DNA of 64,000 bases from assembly GCA_964522195.1 (NCBI GenBank), contig CAZFSV010000003.1, positions 29,575 through 93,574 on the forward strand, read 5' to 3'. Source of the DNA: an uncultured Candidatus Saccharibacteria bacterium (GTDB lineage Bacteria; Patescibacteriota; Minisyncoccia; Phycocordibacterales; UBA9973). The notes under the pieces were generated by a model. That model was not told where the DNA came from. It ran no database searches and was given only the letters and a program-made list of their open reading frames with translations. The translations under genes and the position numbers were made by a program. Below are positions 18,122 to 28,119 of the stretch, piece by piece (position 1 is the first letter of the stretch; each line of letters opens with the position of its first letter).

Positions 18122-19930
18122 ATGGATATTAGGAATATTGCAATTATCGCTCACGTAGACCACGGCAAAACAACTTTAACAGATGCTTTGATGAAGCAAA
18201 ATGGAGCACTTGTAGATGAAGGTGTTTCAATGGATTCTAATGATTTAGAAAAAGAAAGAGGTATTACTATTTACTCAAAAAATACTTCGATTACTTATAA
18301 AGGTACAAAAATAAATATAGTAGATACTCCAGGTCACGCTGACTTTGGTTCTGAAGTAGAACGCGTATTGCGTGCTATTGATTCTGTGTTGCTTTTAGTT
18401 GACGCTGTAGAAGGTCCTATGCCTCAAACTCGTTTTGTATTAAAAAAGTCTTTGGAACTTGGCCTTAAACCAATAGTTGTGATAAATAAAATAGACAAAC
18501 CAGCTTCTGATATTGCAAGAGTTCATGATGAAATTTTAGAATTATTTTTAGAATTAGGAGCGACGGACGAGCAAGCAGATTTTAAAACTATTTATGCTAT
18601 TGGTAGAGAAGGAAAAGCTTTTAAAAATATAGGCGATGATTCAAAAGACTTGTCTCCATTAATTGATTTGATTTTAGAAGAAGTTCCAGTTGCTTCAAAT
18701 AAAGAAGCGGGAGATTTACAAGCTCAAGTCTTTAATTTAGGTTATGATAATTTCTTGGGTAGAATGGCTATTGCTCGTATCTATGGTGGTACCATAAAAT
18801 CTAGTTCTCAAGTTGTAGTGAAAAATGAAAATGGTTCAAGAAACGGTAAAATCACTAAACTTTTTATTTTTGAAGGAATAAATAGAAAAGAAGTTAGTGA
18901 AGCTTCTGTTGGTGATATTGTTTTGCTTGCTGGTATTCCTGATATTTTTATTGGAGAAACTATTTGTGGAAATGAAAATGTAGAAGAAATGCCACATATT
19001 GCAATTGATGAACCAACACTATCTCTAAATTTCTTGGTTAATGATTCAACTTTTGCAGGACGCGAAGGTAAATTTGTAACTTCAAGACAAATTAAAGAAA
19101 GATTAGAAAAAGAATTAGAAATAAACGTTGGTCTTAAGGTAGATTTTTCTCCTAATCAAGAAAGTAATAATAGTGGACCTTCTTTCTTTAAAGTTTATGG
19201 TAGAGGAGAATTACATATTGCAGTTTTACTTGAAAATATGAGAAGAGAAGGTTTTGAAATGCAAGTTTCTCAACCTGAAGTTATTATTAAAACAGATGAG
19301 AGTGGAAACAAAACAGAACCTTATGAAGAATTAGTGATAGACGTTCCAACAGAGTTCTCAGGAGCTGTAATAGAAAAAATCGGAAAAAGAAAAGGTTTAA
19401 TGAAAGACATGCAAGAGAAAGAAAATGTTTCTCGTATTGTTTTTGAAATACCAACAAGAGGGCTTTTGGGCTATAGAGGTGAATTTATTATTGATACAAA
19501 AGGTGAGGGAATTATGTCTTCTCGTGTTATTGGCTTTAAAGATTATGCTGGTGAAATAAAGAAAAGAGAATATGGTTCTATGACTTCCATGATTTCTGGT
19601 AAAGCAGTTGCCTTTGCCCTTGCAAATTTACAAGAACGTGGTATACTATATATAGACCATGGAACAGAAGTGTATGAAGGAATGGTTATTGGTAATGTTC
19701 TTAAGGGTGAAGATATGTCTGTTAACCCTATAAAAGGAAAGCAGCTTACAAATATGAGAGCGTCTGGATCTGATGATGCAATTGTATTAAAACCTGCTTT
19801 TACTTTAAATATTGAAAGAGGACTTGAAGTTATGAGTCAAGATGAATACTTAGAAGTTACTCCTAAATCAGTTCGCTTGCGTAAAAAATATTTAACAGAA
19901 TTAGATAGAGTTCGTGCAAATAGAAAATAA
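18122..19930 (+). CDS. typA: translational GTPase TypA/BipA
   Basis: IAIIAHVDHGKTTLTDALM, EF-G-like domains and a length of 602 aa. Confidence 0.85.
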   Translation: MDIRNIAIIAHVDHGKTTLTDALMKQNGALVDEGVSMDSNDLEKERGITIYSKNTSITYKGTKINIVDTPGHADFGSEVERVLRAIDSVLLLVDAVEGPMPQTRFVLKKSLELGLKPIVVINKIDKPASDIARVHDEILELFLELGATDEQADFKTIYAIGREGKAFKNIGDDSKDLSPLIDLILEEVPVASNKEAGDLQAQVFNLGYDNFLGRMAIARIYGGTIKSSSQVVVKNENGSRNGKITKLFIFEGINRKEVSEASVGDIVLLAGIPDIFIGETICGNENVEEMPHIAIDEPTLSLNFLVNDSTFAGREGKFVTSRQIKERLEKELEINVGLKVDFSPNQESNNSGPSFFKVYGRGELHIAVLLENMRREGFEMQVSQPEVIIKTDESGNKTEPYEELVIDVPTEFSGAVIEKIGKRKGLMKDMQEKENVSRIVFEIPTRGLLGYRGEFIIDTKGEGIMSSRVIGFKDYAGEIKKREYGSMTSMISGKAVAFALANLQERGILYIDHGTEVYEGMVIGNVLKGEDMSVNPIKGKQLTNMRASGSDDAIVLKPAFTLNIERGLEVMSQDEYLEVTPKSVRLRKKYLTELDRVRANRK

Positions 19931-20006
19931 TAAACAAAACATTGACACAATTTAAAAACAAGGTTATACTAAAAAAAGTTAAAAATAAAAAATAATTTAA
20001 AAATTT

Positions 20007-21041
20007 ATGTCATCATCTATATCATTTAAACCTAAACAAGTTACAAAGAAAATAATCTCACATTTACCAGAAAGAGCTGTTGATGTGATTGTGAATAGAT
20101 TTGGACTTGATCCAAATGACTTGGAAAGAAAAACCTTAGAAGAAATTGGTAAAAAATATAATATTACTCGTGAAAGAGTTAGGCAAATTAAAGAAAATAG
20201 TATTTCTTTAATCAAAAAATCTCCTACTTTTAAAGCAGAGCAAGCCTTATTTGAAGAATTAAAAACTTTAATCCATTCTTTAGGTTCTGTTGTTTCTGAA
20301 CATGAATTTTTAAATTATATTTCTAAAGATAAAGCTACTCAAAATCACATACATTTTTATTTAGTTTTAGGTGATATGTTTAAGAAACATAAAGAAGACG
20401 ATCATTTTAAGGCTCGCTGGAGTGTGGATGATGAAATGACTGACAAGGTTCATGATTCTTTGAAAAAACTTTATGCTTCTTTGAAGGATGAAGATTTAGT
20501 TCCTGAAACAGAAATGATAAAGAAATTTTTTGAGCAAATGAAAGACGTTGCTGATAATTATAGAGATGAAGAAGTTGCAAAAAGATGGCTTGCTATATCA
20601 AAGAAGATTTCTAAAAATCCACTTGGTGATTGGGGTAAATCAGAATCTCAAAATGTAAGTACTAGAGGAGTTAAAGATTATGCATATTTAGTTATGCGTA
20701 AACATGGCTCACCTATGCATTTTAAAGAAGTAACTGATTCTATTTCAAAAACTTTTGGTAGAAAATCTCACTACGCTACAACTCACAATGAACTTATAAA
20801 AGACACTCGTTTCGTTTTAGTTGGACGTGGACTTTATGCTTTATCTGAATGGGGATATTCAAGAGGTATTGCTCGTGATGTTATAGCAGATATTCTAAAA
20901 AAAGAAGGTCCTTTATCTAAAGAAGATATTATTGAAAGAGTTATGAAAGAAAGATACTTTAAGAAAAATACAATTTTAGTTAATCTAGCAAATTCTAAAT
21001 ATTTTAAGAAAAACAAAAACGGACTTTATACTAATGCTTAA
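20007..21041 (+). CDS. sigma-70 region-4-like HTH plus C-terminal HARE-HTH domain protein
   Basis: The N-terminus LEEIGKKYNITRERVRQIKENS is a sigma r4-type HTH. The C-terminus MHFKEVTDSISKTFGRK...FVLVGRGLYALSEWGY resembles the RpoE-delta N-terminal HARE-HTH. Confidence 0.4.
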   Translation: MSSSISFKPKQVTKKIISHLPERAVDVIVNRFGLDPNDLERKTLEEIGKKYNITRERVRQIKENSISLIKKSPTFKAEQALFEELKTLIHSLGSVVSEHEFLNYISKDKATQNHIHFYLVLGDMFKKHKEDDHFKARWSVDDEMTDKVHDSLKKLYASLKDEDLVPETEMIKKFFEQMKDVADNYRDEEVAKRWLAISKKISKNPLGDWGKSESQNVSTRGVKDYAYLVMRKHGSPMHFKEVTDSISKTFGRKSHYATTHNELIKDTRFVLVGRGLYALSEWGYSRGIARDVIADILKKEGPLSKEDIIERVMKERYFKKNTILVNLANSKYFKKNKNGLYTNA

Positions 21042-21105
21042 GAAAAATCCCTCAAAAGAGGGATTTTTCTTTTACATTATTTATTTTTTATAATAAAATA
21101 TAAAT

Positions 21106-22524
21106 ATGCTTAATTATGCTTTAATTCTTGGATCGATTGTTTTAATATTTTTTTATCCAAAATTTTGGTTTTTGCCTTTTGTGTTTATTTTTTTTAATGC
21201 AACAATTATTGCTTGGCAAGGATTATCTCTGTTTTATTGGGTACCAACAATAGCTTCTTTTTTATTGGGATTCTTTTTCCCATTTTTTTGGTTATTTGCA
21301 GCAGTGTTAGTTTTTGGAAGATTAACTTGGTTTTTATGGCTTCATTATATTCAACAACATTTCATCGCCGGTATAGATTTTGTTTTGCTTGAAATAATTC
21401 CACCTCGTGAAGTAGAAAGAAATCCAAAAGCTATGGAACTTTTTTTTACGAACGCCCTTTATCACTGGAGCATTAAAGGTGGACGTGAAGAATATTGGCA
21501 AGGTGCTGTTTGGCTTTGGTTTTCACTTGAAATTGCTTCTATAGAAGGACAAGTGCATTTTTATATTCGCACTCCAACTAGAATAAGAGGACTTATAGAA
21601 ACTCAAATGTATGCTCAATATCCTCAAGCTCAAATTAAAGAAGTACCTGATTATACTTTAGCGATCGATGAAATTTCTCCTAAAAGTGATTGGCAACTTT
21701 GGGGTTGTGAATGGAATTTAGAAAAACATCATGCTTATCCTATTAAAACTTATGTTGATTATGGACTCGATAAAGACCCGGATGAAGAATTAAAAATAGA
21801 TCCACTTTCGTCTATTATTGAACTATTTGCAGCATTAAAAAAAGACGAACAAATGTGGCTTCAGATTTTAGTTAGACCATCTAAACTAGAATTTACTTCA
21901 CCCGGTTCTAGAGAAAAACATGACTGGGTACAAGAATCTCGCTTAGAGCTTGAAAGATTGCTTGAAAAATTTGCTCGAATGAATATTATTGAAGGTGATA
22001 CCGTTCAAAGAGTTCGTCCTCCTTATACTATGGAGAAGGAAGCAAAAGGTATCGGTGATAAAATACAAAAAATTGGTTTTGATGTTGGAATTAGAACTTG
22101 TTATGTTGCAAAGAAATCAGCTTGGGATTTAAACAATCGCCGTAATATTCGTTTGGTTTTTAGGCAATACTCAAATCCTCAATTAAATAGTTTAGTTCGT
22201 ACTAATAGTACACAGGCGGATGCTTATGGTGGTTTAATTACTGTGTTAAATAGTGAACAAGTTATGGTTTTATCAAACAGAATGCTAGGTGAGTACAGAG
22301 ATAGATCTTTCTTTCATGATCCAATGAAAAAACAACTTTTAACTGATTTGTCTTGGCCACTGTCACCTTTGCTTTTTATGTCTTTTAAACCTTCACCTGT
22401 TTATGTTTTGAATGTAGAAGAAATAGCTAGTCTTTGGCACTTTCCAGGTCAAATTCTTAAAATTCCTACTCTTGAAAGAGTTGAAAGTAAAGAAGCTTCA
22501 CCACCTACAAATTTACCTATATAG
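21106..22524 (+). CDS. hypothetical membrane protein (N-terminal multi-TM plus ~350-aa soluble domain)
   Basis: Hydrophobic N-terminal helices. No recognisable catalytic motif. Confidence 0.3.
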   Translation: MLNYALILGSIVLIFFYPKFWFLPFVFIFFNATIIAWQGLSLFYWVPTIASFLLGFFFPFFWLFAAVLVFGRLTWFLWLHYIQQHFIAGIDFVLLEIIPPREVERNPKAMELFFTNALYHWSIKGGREEYWQGAVWLWFSLEIASIEGQVHFYIRTPTRIRGLIETQMYAQYPQAQIKEVPDYTLAIDEISPKSDWQLWGCEWNLEKHHAYPIKTYVDYGLDKDPDEELKIDPLSSIIELFAALKKDEQMWLQILVRPSKLEFTSPGSREKHDWVQESRLELERLLEKFARMNIIEGDTVQRVRPPYTMEKEAKGIGDKIQKIGFDVGIRTCYVAKKSAWDLNNRRNIRLVFRQYSNPQLNSLVRTNSTQADAYGGLITVLNSEQVMVLSNRMLGEYRDRSFFHDPMKKQLLTDLSWPLSPLLFMSFKPSPVYVLNVEEIASLWHFPGQILKIPTLERVESKEASPPTNLPI

Positions 22525-22530
22525 CTTTAT

Positions 22531-23463
22531 ATGGAACAACAAAATTTTTCAATAGAAAATAATAAGTTTGAATTTAAAAAGAAATTTAATTTCTTAAAGT
22601 TTTTTTCTTTTATCTTTTTTATTGTTTTATTTATAATTGGTTTTTTGTTTATTTATAATATACAACCTCCAAAAAATTTTAATACAGAATTAATTTTCTC
22701 TATTGAGAAAGGAGACAGTGTCAGGAAAATATCAAAAAAATTAGAAGAAAATAATTTTATAAAATCCAGAATGCTTTTCGAAACCTTTGTGATTTTATTT
22801 GGTGGTGAGAAAAATATTAAAGTAGGAGATTATGTTTTTAAAGAAAAATTAAGCGTAATAAGATTAGCTCAAAATATTTCTTTAGGAATTAAAGGATTAA
22901 GTCCTATTAAAATTACAATACCTGAAGGATTTACAAATGAAGAGATTGCGTCTTTAATTTCAGAAAAATTAAAAAACTTTAATAAAAATAATTTTTTAAA
23001 TGAAGTTAGCAATAAACAAGGATATTTATTTCCAGATACATATTTTTTCTTAACTTCAGATGGTGAGAATGTTGTTATTGAGAGTTTAGAAAATAATTTT
23101 AAAAAAAGAACTAAAGATGTTTTTCTTAATCTAAGTGAAGAAAAGGTTAAAGAAATAATAGTTATGGCTTCAATAATAGAAGGAGAAGCAAATGGAGATA
23201 ATGATAGAGAAATTATTTCAGGAATTTTATGGAAAAGAATAAGTATTAATATGGCTTTGCAAGTAGACATAGCTCCTATTACTTATAAAGAGAGAGGTTT
23301 ACCTAATATTCCTATTAATAATCCAGGATTAAAAGCAATAAATGCCTCTTTAAAACCAAAAAGTTCACCTTATCTTTATTATATTCACGATAAAGAAGGG
23401 AATACTTATTATGGTAAAGATTTTAAGGAACACAGACAAAATATAGAAAAATATTTAAAATAG
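22531..23463 (+). CDS. mltG: endolytic murein transglycosylase MltG (YceG family)
   Basis: N-terminal TM, KVGDY, GYLFPDTYFF, IIVMASIIEGEA and a C-terminal GLPNIPINNPGLKAINASL...YLYY. Confidence 0.7.
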   Translation: MEQQNFSIENNKFEFKKKFNFLKFFSFIFFIVLFIIGFLFIYNIQPPKNFNTELIFSIEKGDSVRKISKKLEENNFIKSRMLFETFVILFGGEKNIKVGDYVFKEKLSVIRLAQNISLGIKGLSPIKITIPEGFTNEEIASLISEKLKNFNKNNFLNEVSNKQGYLFPDTYFFLTSDGENVVIESLENNFKKRTKDVFLNLSEEKVKEIIVMASIIEGEANGDNDREIISGILWKRISINMALQVDIAPITYKERGLPNIPINNPGLKAINASLKPKSSPYLYYIHDKEGNTYYGKDFKEHRQNIEKYLK

Positions 23464-24650
23464 TGTATAAATATAAGGTGAGTAAGAAAAATCAAAATTC
23501 CAATAAAACAGTCTTTGTGGGTATGTCTGGGGGTGTAGATAGTTCTTTGTCTGCTTATTTACTTAAAGAACAAGGATATAATGTGGTGGGAGTTTTTATC
23601 AAAACCTGGCATCCGGATTTTATAGAATGTAACGAAGAAGAAGAACGTAGGGACGCTATGAGAGTAGCAGCGTTCTTGGATATTCCTTTCCTGACTTTTG
23701 ATTTTGAAGATGTTTATAAAAAAGGTGTGGCAGATTATATGATAAATGAATATAAAGCTGGGAGAACTCCTAATCCGGATGTTATGTGTAATCGAGAGGT
23801 TAAATTTGGTGCGTTTTTAAATAAAGCTTTATCTATGGGAGCAGATTTTGTAGCAACTGGGCATTATGTAAATGTCCGACAAGAAAATAATTCTTTTTCT
23901 CAGGTCCTCGGGTCGTCTTCGCCTCAACCAGACCATTCCAAAAAGAACAATTCTCTTGTCGCTTTAAATTATTATTTTTTTGATTTGCTGAAATCTATTG
24001 ATCCGACAAAAGATCAAAGCTATTTCCTGTGGACTTTAAAACAAGAACAGTTAAAAAATATTTTATTTCCTATTGGTAATTTAACCAAGAAGCAAGTTAG
24101 AGTTTTAGCAAAAAAATACAAATTACCAGTTGCTTTTAAAAAAGATAGTCAAGGAATTTGTTTTTTAGGCATGGTTGATTTGAAAGATTTTCTTAAGCAC
24201 TACATAAAAGAAAAAAAAGGTAAAGTTTTAAATGAAAAAGGAGAAAAAATAGGAGAGCATGAAGGAGCTTTTTTCTATACCTTAGGAGAAAGAAAAGGAT
24301 TTAAAATTATAAAGAAAAATCCAAATGATAAACCTTATTATATTTTTGCAAAAGATATAGAAAAAAACATTTTACACGTCAGTCAAAACAAAGATTACTT
24401 AAAAGAAAATAAAAAAGATAATAATTTTCATATTTTGGAAAATTTAAATTTTATTAATGAAATTCCAAAAGAAAATAAAGAGTATACAGCTCAAGTGAGG
24501 TATCATGGAGAATTTTATAAATGTAAATTAGAATTTATAGATTCAAAAAAACTAAAAATTTATTTTGGAAAAGAGGTTTTAGTGGATTCAGGTCAATCTG
24601 TGGTTTTTTATGATAAAGATATTGTTTTGGGTGGAGGAATAGTGGTTTAG
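23463..24650 (+). CDS. mnmA: tRNA-specific 2-thiouridylase MnmA
   Basis: VFVGMSGGVDSS PP-loop and the Cys motifs of the MnmA family. Confidence 0.8.
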   Translation: MYKYKVSKKNQNSNKTVFVGMSGGVDSSLSAYLLKEQGYNVVGVFIKTWHPDFIECNEEEERRDAMRVAAFLDIPFLTFDFEDVYKKGVADYMINEYKAGRTPNPDVMCNREVKFGAFLNKALSMGADFVATGHYVNVRQENNSFSQVLGSSSPQPDHSKKNNSLVALNYYFFDLLKSIDPTKDQSYFLWTLKQEQLKNILFPIGNLTKKQVRVLAKKYKLPVAFKKDSQGICFLGMVDLKDFLKHYIKEKKGKVLNEKGEKIGEHEGAFFYTLGERKGFKIIKKNPNDKPYYIFAKDIEKNILHVSQNKDYLKENKKDNNFHILENLNFINEIPKENKEYTAQVRYHGEFYKCKLEFIDSKKLKIYFGKEVLVDSGQSVVFYDKDIVLGGGIVV

Positions 24651-24685
24651 TTTTATTTTTTTGTATTTTAAGCTACAATATTTAA

Positions 24686-25153
24686 ATGGAACAAATTTTT
24701 GTAGAAAATAGTGATATGTTTGTTAAATTATTACTAGCTGTATTTTTAGGGGCTTTAATTGGTCTTGAAAGAGTTTTGGTTCATAAAGAAGCAGGTATGA
24801 AAACTCATGCTTTAGTTGCTTTAGGTTCCGCTCTTTTTATTATAATTTCAGAAGCCATCGCTCTTAAATATTCAGGTCTAACTGATTTTGATGCTAGTCG
24901 TATTGCCTCACAAGTTGTTGTAGGTATTGGTTTTTTGGGGGCAGGTTCTATTATGCTTAAGGGCTCATATATTAGTGGATTAACTACCGCATCAGGACTT
25001 TGGGTTACTGCTGGGATTGGTATGGCTGTTGGATTTGGACTTTATACTCTTGCGATAAGTGCAAGTATTTTAGTTTTACTTGTTTTTGTTTTAATGAGTA
25101 TATTTGAACGCCCGATTAAAAAAATTATAGAAGAAAATAATAAAGAGAATTAA
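24686..25153 (+). CDS. MgtC/SapB family membrane protein
   Basis: LLLAVFLGALIGLERVLVHKEAGMKTHALVALGSALF. Confidence 0.7.
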   Translation: MEQIFVENSDMFVKLLLAVFLGALIGLERVLVHKEAGMKTHALVALGSALFIIISEAIALKYSGLTDFDASRIASQVVVGIGFLGAGSIMLKGSYISGLTTASGLWVTAGIGMAVGFGLYTLAISASILVLLVFVLMSIFERPIKKIIEENNKEN

Positions 25154-25154
25154 T

Positions 25155-26894
25155 ATGCAGTCAAATGAGATTAGGGAAAAATTTTTAAAGTTTTTTGAAA
25201 AAAGAGGACACTCAATAATTCCTTCGGCTTCGCTCGTACCTGAGAATGACCCTTCTGTACTTTTTAATACAGCTGGTATGCAACCTCTTGTACCTTACCT
25301 TTTAGGTCAAACTCACCCTATGGGAAAGAGAATTGCAAACGTTCAAAAATGTGTCCGAACAGGGGATTTAGAAGATATTGGAGATAATAGACATTTTTCA
25401 TTTTTTGAGATGCTTGGTAATTGGTCTTTAGGAGAATATTTTAAAGAAGAAGCTATCAAATGGTCTTATGAATTTTTAACTTCTAAAGAAGAAGGTTTAG
25501 GGCTTGATATAAATAGACTTTATTTTACTGTTTTTGAAGGTGATGAGAATGCTGCTTTTGATGAAGAATCAAAAAGGATTTGGATGGGTTTAGGAATACC
25601 TGAGAATCGTATTTATGCTTTACCTGCAGAAGATAATTGGTGGAGTCCGGGAGATAACGGTCCTTGTGGTCCTTGCTCGGAGATGTTTTATGACATGGAG
25701 GGGGACGTTGGAGATTTAAATCATTCAGAATTTTTAAAAGCAATAGAAGAAGAAAGAGTTATAGAAATTTGGAATGATGTTTTTATGGAATACGAGAAAA
25801 AAGATGGAAAAGTTATTGGTAAACTTTCTCAGAAAAATGTAGACACAGGTGCTGGGCTTGAGAGAATGACTGCAGTTATGCAAGGCAAAAAGACTGCTTA
25901 TGATACTGATATTTTTGAAGGAGCTATGCAAATTATTAAAGAAGGTTCTCAAAAATTTGATTTAAGATCCGCAAGAGTGATTGCTGATCATGTTAGAACT
26001 TCAGCTTTTTTAATTTCAGATCATGTTTTACCTGATAAAAAAAATCAAGGATATGTATTACGTAGATTAATCAGAAGAGCTGTTTTAAAAATGAAACAAA
26101 TTGAATCCCATAACGTTTTAAGTGCTAATTTAATTAAATATTTTATAGAGAAATATTCAAGTATTTACACAAATTTAAAAAACTTAAAAATTAAAGAAAT
26201 TTTTATTGAAGAAGAAGAAAGATTTTTAAATACTATAGAACAAGGATTGAAAGAGTTTGAAAAAGGAGTTGATCCTTTCATTTTAGCTACTACTTATGGT
26301 TTTCCAATAGAATTAACGCTGGAATTAGCTAGGGAAAAAGGGTTAGAAGTTAATTTAGAAGACTTTAAGAAGAAAATGGAAGAGCATCAAAAGCTTTCCG
26401 CTACTGCGTCCGCAGGTATGTTTAAAGGTGGACTTGCGAATCATAACGAGAAAACTATTCGCCTGCACACAGCGCACCATTTACTTTTAGCAGGGTTACA
26501 GCAAATTGTAGATAAGAATATTAAACAAAGAGGAAGTAATATCACTGAAGAGCGTTTGCGTATTGATTTCCTTTGTGATCACAAGCTTACCGATGAAGAA
26601 AAAAAGAAAGTAGAAGATTTTGTAAATGAGAAAATTAATCTTGGGCTCAATGTCGTCCGAAGAGAAATGCCTTTGAAAGAAGCAGAAGAGATAGGGGCTG
26701 AGATGGAATTCGGAGCGAAGTATCCTGAAGTTGTATCTCTTTATTTTATTGAAGACGAAAATGGTAATCCAGTTTCTAAAGAATTCTGTGGCGGACCGCA
26801 CGTACAAAATACAAAAGAAATAGGAAAATTCAAAATCCAAAAAGAAGAAGCCGTAGCTTCTGGTATCCGCCGTATTAAGGCAATCTTGGAATAA
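25155..26894 (+). CDS. alaS: alanine--tRNA ligase, short form lacking the C-Ala domain
   Basis: N-terminal catalytic core FNTAGMQP...QKCVRTGDLEDIG...FFEMLGNWS, an editing-domain HxxxH (HTAHHLL) and a CGGPHV end. It is only 579 aa. Confidence 0.8.
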   Translation: MQSNEIREKFLKFFEKRGHSIIPSASLVPENDPSVLFNTAGMQPLVPYLLGQTHPMGKRIANVQKCVRTGDLEDIGDNRHFSFFEMLGNWSLGEYFKEEAIKWSYEFLTSKEEGLGLDINRLYFTVFEGDENAAFDEESKRIWMGLGIPENRIYALPAEDNWWSPGDNGPCGPCSEMFYDMEGDVGDLNHSEFLKAIEEERVIEIWNDVFMEYEKKDGKVIGKLSQKNVDTGAGLERMTAVMQGKKTAYDTDIFEGAMQIIKEGSQKFDLRSARVIADHVRTSAFLISDHVLPDKKNQGYVLRRLIRRAVLKMKQIESHNVLSANLIKYFIEKYSSIYTNLKNLKIKEIFIEEEERFLNTIEQGLKEFEKGVDPFILATTYGFPIELTLELAREKGLEVNLEDFKKKMEEHQKLSATASAGMFKGGLANHNEKTIRLHTAHHLLLAGLQQIVDKNIKQRGSNITEERLRIDFLCDHKLTDEEKKKVEDFVNEKINLGLNVVRREMPLKEAEEIGAEMEFGAKYPEVVSLYFIEDENGNPVSKEFCGGPHVQNTKEIGKFKIQKEEAVASGIRRIKAILE

Positions 26895-26936
26895 AATTAA
26901 TTTTGAATAAAATTTTATACAGGTTATAATATTGGT

Positions 26937-28109
26937 ATGGGATTTTTTTCAAAAAAGAAAAAAGATGAGTTAGTTTTAGTTTTTGATATTGGATCTTCTT
27001 CTGTAGGAGCTTCTTTTTTTATGATGAGAGAAAATTCTTCTCCTGAAATAATTTACACCCATCGCGAGGCTATTGTTGTTATAGAAAATTTGGAGTTAGA
27101 TTCATTTTTAAATAATACTTTAAAAGCTTTAAGGATCGTGGTTGCAAAAATGTGTCTTGCTGGTATTGGAAAACCAGAAAAAATATTTTGTACTTTATCT
27201 TTACCTTGGTTTCATCCTGAAACAAGAATCATTAAATATTCCCAAGAAGAACCTTTTATTTTTAGTAATAAATTAGTAAATTCTTTGATTGAAAAAGAAG
27301 TAGAATCTTTAATAAAAACATACAATAAAGATGTAAACAATCAAACAGTTATACCTATCGAAATGAAAACTATGGGTATTTCTTTAAATGGTTATGAAAC
27401 CAAAGATCCTGAAAATAAAAAAGCTAAAGAATTAGAAATTTTCACTTTTTTTTCTTTAAGCGAAAAAGATTTTTTAGATAAAATAGAAGAAGAAATTCAA
27501 AAACATTTTCATTATAAAAGTATAAAATTTTCTTCTTTTTTAATAAATTCTTTTACTGTTGCTCGTGATATGTTTGTAAATTATGACAGATTTTTACTTG
27601 TAAATATAGGAGGAGAATTAACAGAATTATCTTTAGTTAAAAAAGAAAAAATTAAAGATAATTTGTCTTTTCCTATGGGTTGCAATTTTATGTTACGAAA
27701 CTTGGCTAAAAATTTAAATTTAGATATAAAGCAAGCCCACAACTATCTTTTAATGTATAAAGATAATCATCTTATAAATCAAGCTGATCCTAAGATAGAA
27801 GAAAATATTAATATTTTTAAAAATGAATGGTTGCAATCTTTTCAACAATCTTTAAATAATCTCTCTAATGATATATCATTACCATCAATAGTTTTTATTA
27901 CCGTAGATCAAGATCTGGCTTCATTTTTTTCTGAAATCATAAAAGGAGATCAGTTAAATCAATATTCTTTAACAGAAGATAAATTTAAAATTATATTTTT
28001 AAGTACAGAAGCTTTGCATGGTATTGTTACTTTTAAAAACAATGAAATTAAAAAAGATTCTTTGTTGATTATTGAGTCGATTTATATTAATCGTTTTTTA
28101 AATAAATAA
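26937..28109 (+). CDS. actin-like ATPase of the FtsA/PilM family
   Basis: LVLVFDIGSSSVGASFF (phosphate-1) and LLVNIGGELTELSLV (phosphate-2-like). Confidence 0.45.
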   Translation: MGFFSKKKKDELVLVFDIGSSSVGASFFMMRENSSPEIIYTHREAIVVIENLELDSFLNNTLKALRIVVAKMCLAGIGKPEKIFCTLSLPWFHPETRIIKYSQEEPFIFSNKLVNSLIEKEVESLIKTYNKDVNNQTVIPIEMKTMGISLNGYETKDPENKKAKELEIFTFFSLSEKDFLDKIEEEIQKHFHYKSIKFSSFLINSFTVARDMFVNYDRFLLVNIGGELTELSLVKKEKIKDNLSFPMGCNFMLRNLAKNLNLDIKQAHNYLLMYKDNHLINQADPKIEENINIFKNEWLQSFQQSLNNLSNDISLPSIVFITVDQDLASFFSEIIKGDQLNQYSLTEDKFKIIFLSTEALHGIVTFKNNEIKKDSLLIIESIYINRFLNK

Positions 28110-28119
28110 ATTTAAATAT

